DNA of 64,000 nt from Octopus sinensis (lineage: Eukaryota): positions 56,916,001 through 56,980,000 of the forward strand of contig NC_043007.1 in assembly GCF_006345805.1 (NCBI RefSeq), read 5' to 3'. How positions within the stretch are numbered: the first letter of the stretch is position 1; every line of letters begins with the position of its first letter. The translations under genes and the position numbers were made by a program. Below the pieces are notes generated by a model. That model saw only the letters and a list, made by a program, of their open reading frames with translations, did no database searches and was not told where the DNA came from. Below, in pieces: positions 50,053 to 63,181 of the stretch.

Positions 50053-53000
50053 TCATCATCATCATCATCATCATCATTTAGCGTCCGTTTTCCATGCTAG
50101 CATGGGTTGGACGGTTCAACTGGGGTCTGGGGAGCCCGAAGGCTGCACCAGGCCAGTCAGATCTGGCAGTGTTTCTACAGCTGGATGCCCTTCCTAACGC
50201 CAACCACTCCGAGAGTGTAGTGGGTGATTTTATGTGCCACCGACACAGGTGCCAGACGAGGCTGGCGAACGGCCACGCTCGGATGGTGTTTTTATGTGCC
50301 ACCGACACAGGTGCCAGACGAGGCTGGCGAACGGCCACGCTCGGATGGTGTTTTTATGTGCCACCGACACAGGTGCCAGACGAGGCTGGCAGACGGCCAC
50401 GCTCGGATGGTGTTTTTATGTGCCACCGACACAGGTGCCAGATGAGGCTGGCGGACGGCCACGATCGGATGGTGTTTGTTACGTCCCCAAAGCACGGAGG
50501 CCAGTCTATGCGGTACTGGCTACGGCCACGTTCGGATGGTTTTCTTGTGTGCCACCGGCACTGGTACCACAAAGATACAAATTCCATTGATGTTCATCTA
50601 TTTTGATTTGTTTTGATTTGATTTTCACTTGCCTCAACAGGTCTTCACAAGTGTCACAAGAAGGAAGGTATGCACAGGTGGACTGACTACGTCCCAGGTA
50701 GGGGCCACGGGTTATGGCCTGACTAGTCTTGCCGGGTCTTCGGATGGTGTTTTTATGTGCCACCGACACAGGTGCCAGATGAGGCTGGCGAACGGCCACG
50801 ATCGGATGGTGTTTGTTACGTGCCCACAGCACGGAGGCCAGTCGATGCGGTACTGGCTACGGCCACGTTCGGATGGTTTTCTTGTGTGCCACCGGCACTG
50901 GTACCACAAAGATACAAATTCCATTGATGTTCATCTATTTTGATTTGATTTGATTTGATATTCACTTGCCTCAACAGGTCTTCACAAGTGTCACAGGAAG
51001 GAAGGAAGGTATGCACAGGTGGACTGACTACGTCCCAAGTAGGGGCCACGGGTTATGGCCTGACTAGTCTTGCCGGGTCTTCGGTTGGTGTTTTTATGTG
51101 CCACTGACACAGGTGCCAGATGAGGCTGGCGAACGGCCACGATCGGATGGTGTTTGTTATGTGCCCACGTCACAGAGGCCAGTCGATGCGGTACTGGCTA
51201 CGGCCACGTTCGGATGGTTTTCTTGTGTGCCAACGGTACTGGTACCACAAAGATACAAATTCCATTGATGTTCATCTATTTTGATTTGGTTTGATTTGAT
51301 TTGATTTGATTTTCAGTTGCCTCAACAGGTCTACACAAGTGTCACACACTTGCCTCAACAGGTCTTCACAAGTGTCATAAGTAGGTGTCACACACTTGCC
51401 TCAACAGGTCTTCACAAGTGTCATAAGTAGGAAGGTATGCACAGGTGGACTGACTACGTCGCCAGGTCTTCGGATGGTGTTTTTATGTGCCACCGACACA
51501 GGTGCCAGATGAGGCTGGCGAACGGCCACGATCAGATGGTGTTTGTTGTGCCCACAGCACGGAGGCCAGTCGATGCGGTACTGGCTACGGCCACGTTCGG
51601 ATGGTTTTCTTGTGTGCCACCGGTACTGGAACCACAAAGATACAAATTCCATTGATGTTCATCTATTTTGATTTGGTTTGATTTTCACTTGCCTCAACAG
51701 GTCTTCACAAGTGTCACACACTTGCCTCAACAGGTCTCCACAAGTGTCACACACTTGCCTCTGCCTCAACAGGTCTTCACAAGTGTCACACACTTGCCTC
51801 AACAGGTCTTCACAAGTATCATAAGAGGGAAGGTATGCACAGGTGGACTGACTACGTCGCCGGGTCTTCGGATGGTGTCTTTATGTGCCACCGACACAGG
51901 TGCCAGATGAGGCTGGCGAACGGCCACGATCGGATGGTGTTTGTTGTGCCCACAGCACGGAGGCCAGTCGATGCGGTACTGGCTACGGCCACGTTTGGGT
52001 GGTTTTCTTGTGTGCCACCGGCACTGGTACCACAAAGAATACAATTCCACTGATGTTCATCTATTTTGATTTGTTTTGATTTGATTTTCACTTGCCTCAA
52101 CAGGTCTTCATAAGTGTCACAAGAAGGAAGGTATGCACAGGAGGACTGACTATGTCCCAGGTAGGGGCCACGGGTTATGGCCTGACTAGTCTTGCCGGGT
52201 CTTCTCACGCACAGCATACTTCCATAGGTCTCGGTCTCTAGACATTTCCTTAGTGAGACCTAAAGTTCGAAGGTCGTGCTTCACCACCTCGTCCCAGGTT
52301 TTCCTGGGTCTACCTCTTCCACAGGTTCCCTCAACTGCTAGGGTGTAGCACTTTTGCACACAACTATCTTCAGCCTTTCTCGTCACATGACCATACCAGC
52401 GCAGACGTCTCTCTTGCACACCACAACTGACGCTTCTTAGGTTCAACTTTTCTCTCAAGGAACTTACACTCTGACGATTATGAACACTGACATTACACAT
52501 CCATCGGAGCATACTGGCTTCATTTCTTGCGAGCTTACGCATATCCTCAGCAGTCACGGTCCATGTTTCACTACCATGTAGCATGGCTGTACGTACACAT
52601 GCATCATACAGTCTGCCTTTTACTCTGAGCGAGAGGCCTTTTGTCACCAGCAGGGGTAAGAGCTCTCTAAACTTTGCCCAGGCTATTCTTACTCTAGCAG
52701 TTACACTTTCAGCACACCCAGCCCCGCTACTGACTTGGTCTCCTAGGTAGCGGAAGCTATCAACTACTTCTAGTTTGTCTCCCTGGAACGTGGCAGAAGT
52801 TGGTATCAACTACTTCTAGTTTGTCTCCCTGGAACGTGGCAGAAGTTGGTCTCTGCACATTTCCAGTGTTTATTGCTCCTGAGCATTTGCCACAGACAAA
52901 AACTATTTTCCTAGTTAGCCTTCCTTTGACATTGCTGCACCTCTTATGTGTCCATAGCTTACACTTGGTGCATCTTATAGAGTTTCTACCTACACCTTTT

Positions 53001-53848
53001 TTACAGATCGAGCAGGGCCATCTACCTGAAGGCGTATGTGATTGATCTACCTTCCTACTTATTAGGACTTTGGTTTTGGCTAGGTTGATTCTAAGGCCCT
53101 TCGATTCTAATCCTTGTTTCCACACCTGAAACTTCTCCTCCAGTTCTGATAGTGACTCAGCAATTAGAGCAAGGTCATCAGCATAGAGGAGCTCCCAGGG
53201 GCAACCTGTCTTGAATTCCTCCGTTATTGCCTGGAGGACTATGATAAATAGGAGGGGACTGAGGACTGAACCTTGGTGGACCCCAACCTCTACCCAGAAT
53301 TCTTCACTGTACTCGTTGCCAACCCTCACCTTACTAGCAGCGTCTCTGTACATGGCTTGCACAGCTCTCACCAACCATTCTTCTATCCCTAGTTTCCTCA
53401 TTGACCACCAGATAAGGGATCGGGGGACCCTGTCAAAGGCTTTCTCCAAGTCAACAAAAGCCAGATACAAGGGCTTATCTTTGGCTAGGTATTTCTCCTG
53501 CAGCTGTCTTACCAGGAATATAGCATCAGTAGTACTTTTCCCTGGCACGAACCCAAACTGCATATCATCTAAGCTAACTCTCTCTCTAATTAGTTGGGCT
53601 ATAACCCTCTCCGTAACCTTCATTACCTGATCCAGCAGCTTGATGCCCCTGTAGTTATTTGTCTCTAGGGCATCGCCTTTACCTTTGTAGCAGTTGACTA
53701 TTATGCTGCTACACCAGTCATTGGGTATGACCCCCTCGTGTATCACCTGGTTAACTATACGGGTGACTAAGCTATAGCCGACACCACCAGATATTTTGAG
53801 CATCTCTGCAGTAATTCCTGATGGGCCTGGGGCTTTCCCTGTTTTCAT
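50053..53848 (-). mobile_element. Young 5'-truncated RTE LINE with multimerised 3'UTR and (ATG)n tail
   Basis: RT ORFs 52760-53848 and 52186-52809 are stop-free and separated only by a 46-bp duplication. The 3'UTR unit occurs 5 times. Confidence 0.92.
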
Positions 53849-53854
53849 GCTTCT

Positions 53855-53915
<61 letters not shown>

Positions 53916-53936
53916 CCAGAGATTTCCTAACATGTA

Positions 53937-54161
53937 CAGTAATCCCTCGACTATTGCGAGTGTTACTTCCCAATCCCCCACCGCCACTACCATAGGTGAA
54001 AATCCACAAAATAGAAACAGTACTATACTGTATTTTTTTGTATTGTCTTTATAATTTATATATATTTATTTTATTATAAATGCAAAACACCATGGAGGAA
54101 TCAATGTAAGCTTAAATGATAAACTGCAATAGGTGGACCACGATATGGTGAGGGATAACTG
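53937..54161. mobile_element. Tigger/pogo-type MITE with TA TSD
   Basis: TA|cagtaatccctcgacta ... tggtgagggataactg|TA. Confidence 0.7.
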
Positions 54162-54195
54162 TATAGCAAACATCATCATCATCTAGTGTGTATAA

Positions 54196-54478
54196 ATAAT
54201 AATAATAATAATAATTGTGTACAGTGCTCAGGTGCACTACAACTCATCTAAAGTGTATATATAATCAGGTGTAGTTTCGGCGGATTTCGGAAAGCATGAG
54301 GGCCTTAAAGGATGCAGTGTCATGGCAGTCAACAACTGACGCAGGCAGTTTATTCCATGCTTCAGCAACTCTGAGCGTGAAAAAATGTTACCGAAAGTCA
54401 TGGGAGCTGTGTTGTTTTCTGACTTTGTAGGCATGTCCACGTGTGTTAGACACATGGAGATCAAAAAGGTGTTGTAAG
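54196..54478 (-). mobile_element. CR1-clade LINE 3' fragment with (ATT)n tail
   Basis: NTRGHAYKV..HFFTLRVAEAWNKLP..VVD..SFK, typical of a CR1 C-terminus. Confidence 0.75.
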
Positions 54479-55389
54479 GACAAAAAAATATATATATATT
54501 TATAATGTTATATATCTAAGCAAGTTCTAAGAGATTAAGGAGTAGGGTATTTAGAAGGATAGAATTCGACAATATCTTAAGAGTTATTTTTATTATTTAT
54601 GTTAATAAACTAGCAAATTACTGTGTTGCTATTTCCTTATCATTGGAGATTGGTTGTTTTTCTGATATTAAAACTGCTGAAGTTATTCTTGCTAGGCACA
54701 TAGCTGACAGCATGGCTGTCTGGATACAGAATATGCTTCATAACAAGGTCATTGAGTTGTATTGTACTGCGTGTCACTTTGGGCAAATATCTTTTATTGT
54801 AGCCTTGGGCTGACAAATGCCTTCTGAATGAAATTGTTAAAAAGAAACTCTATGGAAGGCAGTCGCGTGTGTGTATTCTTAAAAACTCATTGAAATACCA
54901 GCAGTGGAATGGAACTCATCATCAAAGAGTAGGTAGTACAATTCCTTGTCTACTCAGTCACTGTGAACTGAAAAGACTAAACAAACAAGACCAGCAGCAA
55001 ACATATTTCATTGAAACACAATTACTTAGGGTCACAGGATGCAACATTAGTGCAACTATAGAAGAATTACACTGAACATATATTTATTACTGAGACCCCT
55101 ACACATCTGCATACAAACTCACATACACGTAACAATTGTGTGCAACAGCCACCATGTGACATCAAGCATTGTTATTATTTTCAATTGTTCAACAGTAGTC
55201 AGCTGTAGCAGCACTCATGAAGTAAGGACTATGATCTGCTGAGACATCTCAGAATACACAGTAAATAGATTCTCTTATGCAGGTGATCTAATTAATACCA
55301 GAGTTGGCTGCAGTAATTTTTTTTTAAAAAGGCATAATTACTAGAATAAGGAAGAGATAAAAGTTGAAAGGGTCCCATTTCCTCTTTTC

Positions 55390-55815
55390 TTATCTCTTAC
55401 TTATTTCAGTCATTAGACAGTGGCTATGCTGGGGCACTGCCTTGAAGAATTTTTAGCCAAATGAATCAATCCTCAGTACTTTTTTTTTAAGCCTGGTACT
55501 TATACTATTGGACTCTTTTGCCAAACTGCTAAGTTATAGAGACATCAGTACACCAACATTGGTTGTTATACCATAATGAAGGACAAACACATACTCATTC
55601 TCTTTCTCTCACAGACACACACACACACGCACACACACGCACACACACACATGCACGATGGGCTTCTTTCAGTTTCTGTCTACCAAATCCACTTACAAGG
55701 CTTTAGTCAGCCTGAGGCTACAGTAAAAGACACTTGCCCAAAGTGCCACGTAGTGGGACTGAACCAGGAACCATGTGGAGAAACAAGCTCCTTACCACAC
55801 AGCCACATCTGTGCC
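55390..55815 (-). mobile_element. Two adjacent SINE fragments separated by (CA)n
   Basis: gacacttgcccaaagtgccacg..gggactgaacc is related to the SINE fragment at 4931-5078. Confidence 0.55.
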
Positions 55816-56913
55816 TCTGTTGATAAAAATTCATTTCTTTGTATGTGTGAAAGGCTGAGCATATGAGATGTGTGCTAGAAAGTGTGAAGAAATATGTTAG
55901 TAAAACATTGGAAGTGAATGCAGATCTGAAATGGCTGGCAAGGAAATTTGTTGAATATAAAATAACCTATATGAAAAGTGAAGTAGCAATAAAGTTGGGT
56001 ATTAAAGACAGTAGTTGATATTGGTGACTGGGCTGGTATGAAAACATGATGTTAAGGAAAATGAGCTGAGTTAGGTTGAAAAATTAATCATTTGAGTCCT
56101 GTCACTAAAAGCTTATGAAAAATAGCATAAGAAGTGGTAAGATAAGACTTGAGGAAGTCAGGTCTTTTAGACATGATAAAAGACTGATGGAAGTAGCAAT
56201 ATGTTGTACAGTAGAGCTCACCATCTCTTACCACAATAGAAGAACATATAAAATGATGATGATCATCATAAGTATGAAGATGATATGATGCTGATAATTT
56301 ACACCTGTAGCAGCTATCTGAACTTGAAATGAATGTGAGATAACAGACCTCATTAGTACACTAAATCAGGTGATAGAAGAGACAGAAATGAAGGAGCTGA
56401 GTGTTATTAAATTAGTAAAGCAGTGAAACAAGTTAACAAGACATCAAACTGTCACAAACAGGTTTCACAGAAACTGGAATCAGTAGGGAAGGAAGGTTGT
56501 TAGGTTGAAGAAAAGCAAACAGTTCAAGAACAGACTTGATAACTATTGAAAGAACATGAAATTTGGAAGACACTATTAATTTGAAGAGATGGGCATATTA
56601 TATACAATTTTACTTTGTAAAGTAATGTAAAATGTAAGGTAGAAGGGGGTGATAATGGTAAACTGCAACAAAATTACCAAAGATAACCCTGATGGTAAAG
56701 AACAAGTGTTACAGGCATCCTGTAGCTAGGCTGGCTACCACCTAGTGGTGACAGATAGTAACTAATGTCAACTAAGAAAGAAGCTTTAAGTCTGTGGATG
56801 GTAGAAGTGTGTAATACAAGAATGCAAAGACAAAGATGATGATGTTAATAATAAAGAAAACAGTAACACTAATAAAAATGATAAATTTTCCCAATGAAAC
56901 AGAACAATAGACT

Positions 56914-59900
56914 TGTAAAGGGAACTGGTTGCTTCTTTACACTTTTGGGGTGCAACTTGGGTGCAACACAATTTCCTTTCTTTTTGTTTCTAGAAACTAC
57001 CAGTCAGGAACGAAACGCAAGTTTAGAAATATATACAATTCTTTATTCTCTTATTCAACAATGAAACACGATGGTATACTGGTATCCATTCTTACAACAA
57101 TTCGGCATTAATAGAACAGGTTAAATCCTAAGCATCTGGGACAGGAGAATATGCTGATCACACGTATGAAAATACGTCCTTTCTCTTCTGTAGCCGTGTC
57201 TCAAGTCCCCGACGCTATTAAGGAACGCTATAGAATTTATTCTTCAGTCTCTAGCGCATGTGCATGAGGGAACTTCCTTATGCCTTTCCAGAAGGTTCCA
57301 ACCCCGCACACGCACACTGAAGAAGGACGTTCCGCACACGCACACTGAAGAATGACGTTGCGTGTGCGCACACTGGAATATGATGTCACTACAAAGGTGA
57401 CGTTCCGCACACGCACACTGAAGAATGACGTTGCGTGTGCGCACACTGGAACATGACGTCACTACAAAGGCTCCCCCTCGAGTGCGGAAGCACAAAACAA
57501 AATTCCTTGTAGTGGCTTCAGAATATAAGGTGGATACAAAATCACCAAAATGGCACACAATATGACAAATTAAAACAAAAAAAAATCCATAATATAAACA
57601 AGCATGCAGCAAAGGAAAAGAAAAAATAATACTCAAATGAACAAAGTTCAATTTGTATCGTAACTGTCACTGGGAAGTCAATTGAGAATGTTAAATATAA
57701 ATCGTCTTTGAAAGTTTCTTCGGCAAGTGAACAGTTCTGCCTAACCTCGTAACGTAAGGTTTGTTCGAGGCAGGCTGCGACGACGAAGGTGGTGTTGCCG
57801 ATGTTGGTGTTGATAAAGGTGCATGTGTAAATGGTGGTGTTGTCAAAGGTGCATGTGTGAATGGTGGTGTTGTCAAAGGTGCATGTGTGAATAGGAATAG
57901 CTTCCGGCCAACGTGAGGAACGATCGATACAAGTTAAATATATATGAGAACCCGTTACTCACAGGCCATGGTCCAACCAAATCAAGGTGGACATGGCGAA
58001 AAAGGGCCTCAGGAGAAGAAAATTGTCCAAGTGGAGCACGAACATGTCTATGGACTTTAGCACTCTGGCACTTTAAACAAGAGCGTGCCCAAGAGGTAAT
58101 CGATCGTCGCATATTGGGCCAATATGCGACGTTCGATTACCTCTTGGGCCAGAAGAACTGTGGCAGAGAAACCCGGATGTGACAATGAAGGAAGAGCATC
58201 AAAAACAGAACGTTGATGTTTCTCAGGTACTAACGGTCTAGGAGAACCGGTGGATACATCACAAAGAATAGAGCCTTCTGCTGAATTGACAGATAGATCA
58301 CTAGTAACTCAAAGGCAGACAGTGCTTCAGCTGAAAGAGTAAGGTTAGCAAGGGCGACAGTGTAAGCATGCTGGAGTGATGCGCGAGACAGATAATTTTC
58401 TCTGTTAATTACGTGACCAACAGGGGTCTAACAGGGGGAAATTATGCCTAAACATGAGCGCAGTGCATGTGAACATCCGACGTTCTTTGAGTCGGGAGAA
58501 GAATTGAGCTGACGCAGACGTGTTGCAAAACAAGGGAGTACACGTGCAGAACAGAGGTCATGAGTGCAATAGGGCTTGCTAGGCTGAAATACAGTGTACA
58601 GTATTGAATATGCCAGTGATTAATGCAGTAAGGCTGAGGCTGCCAGCCAGTGCTTGAGCTATTATATGCCTCGGTCGTGCAGGAACAAAAGTGTGGCATG
58701 CTGGCGCGTTGTAAGGGACAAACAACTTTCTCTATGTATGCGTGACCGACCTAGGGTCTTACAGAGATGAGTTGTGTCTACAAGGGCACATTGAGCATGG
58801 AAAACAAGCGAGAAAGGCATGTGTGGCGTATGAATGTGACAGAGATAGCATTAGTGTGTGTATTAACTATGTGTGTTCGTGTGTGCGACAGAAGTACAAA
58901 CAAGGTGTATGAGGGCAAATCAAAATACAGCGCATAGTAAAAGTCTCTTAGGGTATTTCAGACAAGATGGAGTTAATTTACCAGTTAGTAGTTAAGTACA
59001 AAATAGCAGTTCGTTCTGTAACAGGATGTTGGGATCACAAATGCAGATGCCGGTTGAACACATGTCATGTAGCGGTTGTGGCTTCAATGCTGTGCTGTTA
59101 ATCTTGGTGTGTATACACGAACAGCGTGTAAGCTAAACTTCAGCGAGTTGCTGTGTACATATCGTTGAGGTCGACGGTGGTGAAGGCGACAGTGGTGGAC
59201 TTGAGACACATGGCTGCTCAGTTCGTAGTAAAGTACATATTAGTGTTGCTGGCGACGAAGATGGAGACGACGTGAAGTTGAAGGACGACGATGGTGATGA
59301 CGACGGCAGAGAAAGGCATCGTTGAGATGAAGGCGTCCATGGTGTAAATGTCCTGTGTTGCTGCTGTATGTTAGCGTCGTCATTATTGCGGAAAATAAGA
59401 GAGGCTCCTTTTATAACTGTTGGTAGAAACTAGATTTCTGTTAAGTGTTCTATGGTCTATGACCAGAACTCGGGGTCACCACTGTAAAGGGAACTGGTTG
59501 CTTCTTTACACTTTTGGGGTACAACTTGGGTGCAACACAATTTCCTTTCTTTTTGTTTCTAGAAACTATCAGTCAGGAACGAAACGCAAGTTTAGAAATA
59601 TATACAATTCTTTATTCTCTTATTCAACAATGAAACACGATGGTATACTGGTATCCATTCTTACAACAATTCAGCATTAATAGAACAGGTTAAATCCTAA
59701 GCGTCTGGGACAGGAGAATATGCTGATCACACGTATGAAAATACGTCCTTTCTCTTCTGCAGCCATGTCTCAAGTCCCCGACGCTATTAAGGAACGCTAT
59801 AGAATTTAATCTTCAGTCTCTAGCGCATGTGCATGAGGGAACTTCCTTATGCCTTTCCAGAAGGTTCCAACCCTGCACACGCACACTGAAGAAGGACGTT

Positions 59901-60035
59901 CTGCACACGCACACTGAAGAATGACGTTGCGTGTGCGCACACTGGAATATGACGTCACTACAAAGGTGACGTTCCGCACACGCACACTGAAGAATGACGT
60001 TGCGTGTGCGCACACTGGAACATGACGTCACTACA
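56914..60035 (-). mobile_element. Internally deleted Ty3/Gypsy LTR retrotransposon with 4-bp TSD GACT
   Basis: 553-bp TG..CA LTRs at 56914-57466 and 59483-60035. PBS TGGTGACCCCGA (59470-59481, complementary to the tRNA-Trp 3' end). PPT GAGGGGGAG (57471-57479). Integrase remnant HPG..W.RSCLKCQ..HVHLDLVGP (57873-58250). Confidence 0.93.
59950..60030. promoter_or_regulatory. CRE motifs (TGACGTCA) in U3 of the 5' LTR
   Basis: Perfect TGACGTCA at 59950-59957 and 60023-60030, plus TGACGT half-sites. The 3' LTR keeps one perfect site (57454-57461). Motif match only; function is untested. Confidence 0.4.
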
Positions 60036-60079
60036 GACTATACATGTAAATAAACACACATACACATTAATTACATATA

Positions 60080-61261
60080 TTGGTTCATCCCATAAATAAT
60101 GCAGTTTATTTTAATTACATGAGCTAAAAGCAGGTAGTAAATTTACCTTATGCTTATTCTTAGTGCAAGTTTTGAAGAGTGCAGTTCAATTTTAACAGTT
60201 ATTTTTTCAAAGCTATAATGGAAGTGACAAAGGAGCATATTCAGCTTTATGAGTTCAATAAAGGCAACAAAGCAACAGAAAGTGCAAGGAATATCAATGC
60301 AGTATATGGGGGTCGGACAATAAGCATAAGCCAGTGTCAATGGTAGTACCAGAAATTCTGAGCTGGAAACTATGGCCTAGAAGACAAGCCACATCCTGGA
60401 AGATCTGTAAAGCTTGACAAGGACATCCTGCAAACCCTGATGGAACAAAATGCCATCGTAACTGTTGAGGAACTAGCAGAGAAGATTGAATTTGGTCACC
60501 TGCATGCCATCAAAAAACTTAGCATATTGGGTCAATGGGTTCCCCTCACAAACTTTCCAAGTCTAATCATGTGCAGAGAGTGAATGTGTACTCTTCTTTG
60601 TTGTCACATCTCACGAATGAACCTTTTTTGGACCGATGAGGAATGGGTTCTCTATAAAAATGTCAAGCGCCGAAGACAGTAGGTAGGGAAAGGAGAAACA
60701 CCAGCACCTCAGGCTAAAGAAGGATTTCACCCATGTAGGGTGTTGTTATCTGTTTGGTGGGATATGAAAGGTTTAGTCCACTTTGAACTTTTAAACCCAA
60801 ACCAAATGATAACAAAGGAGATGTAATGCAAGCAGCTTGAGTAACTTAAGTCAGTGCTAGAAGAAAAATAACCATTTTTGGTTTCAAGACAAAAGGTGTT
60901 CTTCCATCAGGATAATGCTCGGCCACATACACTGAGGATAACATTCCAAAGGCTGCAGCAGTTTGAATGGGAAATGATGCCCTATGCACCATCTGATTAT
61001 CATTCATTCTGCAGTCTTCAAAACCATTTGGACAGAAAAAATATGAATTCTGTAGATGAGGTCAGAATAGTACTGGAGGAATATTTTTCATCACAGACAA
61101 GTAAATTTTGAAAGAGTGGCTTTGCAAGTCTACCAGGTAGATGGAAGAGCATTGTAGAAAACGAAGGAGGGTATATTTTAGATTAAAAAAGAGATTTATT
61201 TAACTTAATTTTGAAAAATAAAAGAAGTATAAGAAAACCACATCATTTATGGGAAGACCAA
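60080..61261 (+). mobile_element. mariner (DD34D) transposon, full length but degenerate
   Basis: TA|ttggttcatcccataaataatg ... catttatgggaagaccaa|TA. Motifs: LYEFNKG, WVP, WWD, HQDNARPH, APSDYH. Confidence 0.9.
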
Positions 61262-61689
61262 TAGTTTACATGGATAGATACTCCCATTGTCAACTATCTC
61301 CAATGAAGTGCCTAAGATTCTAGCACCTATCCATATAGTAACATCTTAAAGCTATCAGCAAACACATTCACGTATTATGATTATGAATAGCAGGAAGAAT
61401 TGTGAACAGAAATACAAAATTTTAAAAAACTTGATTGCTGTAGTGCTGAACTCGAAAGAAAACCTCTGCAAGAAAGTAACATCATATCAAACATTTTACC
61501 CCCACTGAAAAACATTCTGCATATTTGTGAGGAAACAAGAGTCCAAAGTAGAGAGAAATAACACAAAACAAGCACAATATATATTTACCCTATCAAAAGT
61601 GAAGAATATTTATTTCGTCAGGAATTTTGGATGGGTCTCTTAAAATATCAGGATTTGACATGTGTTCACACATACACACATGTATATAC

Positions 61690-63181
61690 ATATATCATAA
61701 AACCCATGTAATTTACAAACTTCTTTTCACAAAAACAAAAGCAAACTTTAGCGGGTGTGTAAATTACATAAGAAGATTGTTTCAAGGAGCTTTTTAGAAA
61801 TTTTATTTGTTGAAAAATGACGTACAAATGTAAATATGCATACTGGAAGTTGACTCATTTAATGTCAGAATAGGTTTTTACAAAAAAATATAATGAGGTT
61901 GACTTTTATTTATGCTGGACAGTATAATGCTTACTTTTTCTGTATAAATTTACTAAAACCATTAAATGGTCAACTACTTTTTGAAGTTTGATGTTCATGC
62001 TGGTAATCATGCTCTGGGCCATATTTTACATTGCTTGGAATTTCTATCTATTGTAATGGAGTCCAAGAATTTCTTTAAATAGATTAGTTTTTGTCCACTG
62101 AAGAAGTCTAGCTTGCATTTTCCTCCAGGAAGCTATTGCTCGCTTTCTCCACATTAGAACAATTAAATTCATCGCTGCTACCAGCTCTTACTGCATCTAA
62201 CACCAACAACAACATCATAATAAGTGAACATGACTTAGAGTTCCTACAGAAACTTTCATTTACCTTATATGATGTTTAATGTCATTTCACATTCATGTTG
62301 AACTTTTGTAATGTATGTATTAGCAGTTCTTTTGGTATAGTAGATTTCTGCTATTTTTGTTTATGTCTCCTCACAGACATGTATATTCTAACAAGTCACT
62401 TCTTAAATTTTCACCTCTCTTGTTCAATAAACACTGAGTTAAACTTACAAAGCTGTTTGTTTTCCTCTTTTGATTTTTAATGTTTATTTTAGCGGGTTAC
62501 CAAACTGTCAGTTGGTTTCCCAGCTAAAACAGTTATGACAAATTTTTAAGTTTGCTTGACATTTTATAAGTGTGAAAGGGGTTAAAATTTTGATACTCTG
62601 TATCAAAGGTTCTGACAAGAATAGGCAGAAAATCAGAGCTTGAGAGAAGACACTTTCAGACCAATCATAAGTCTGTTTACATAATCAGTTTGATCGGTCA
62701 CCTTCCTCTGTCGACTGAGTATTGTCCAAGATGATGTTTATTGGTAATTAAACTTATTTTGCAACACTTGTGCATATTTATCAGCTCTGTTTTTGTTGAT
62801 AAGAATTATCAACAACTTTTCTTGTGATCATGATTTGAGAAGACACAGAAGTATGTTAAAGATCAGACATAATCTCTTGTGGGTAAGAAATGTAAAATAA
62901 AGTTTATGATAAACAACACAATTACTTCATAATTTAATAGCTTTTAATGTGATATCTGTTAAACAGAAATTATTTTTATTTTAGGAAAATTTAATAAAAT
63001 CTAATCATAAGTAAGTGAAATACAGCTAAATTGAAAATCTTTTCCCTCTGACCATATCAGCAATTCTGAAAACTTTTGCATGCAAATTTTACATGAGTAG
63101 AAGCTTTTTTTAACAATTTTTATCCTGAAAATCACCTGCGTAAATTACACAGGATCACAAATTACATGGGTTTTTACAGTA
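61690..63181. mobile_element. Possible old TA-flanked TIR element
   Basis: aaaacccatgtaattt (~61699-61714) versus aaattacatgggtttt (~63159-63174). No clear transposase. Confidence 0.35.

Noticed and set aside
50222-50467. Regular 62-bp repeats that superficially resemble a CRISPR array
   Set aside because: There are no unique spacers or cas genes, and the repeats lie inside a eukaryotic LINE 3'UTR.
53849-53870. TSD for the young RTE
   Set aside because: cttcttg occurs near both ends but not flush with both junctions, so it was not called.
61935-62022. ATG-initiated 29-codon segment with GTAAG donor (MAQSMITSMNIKL...)
   Set aside because: Its phase 1 does not fit the phase-0 formin acceptor, it lies in a probable old transposon, and there is no homology.
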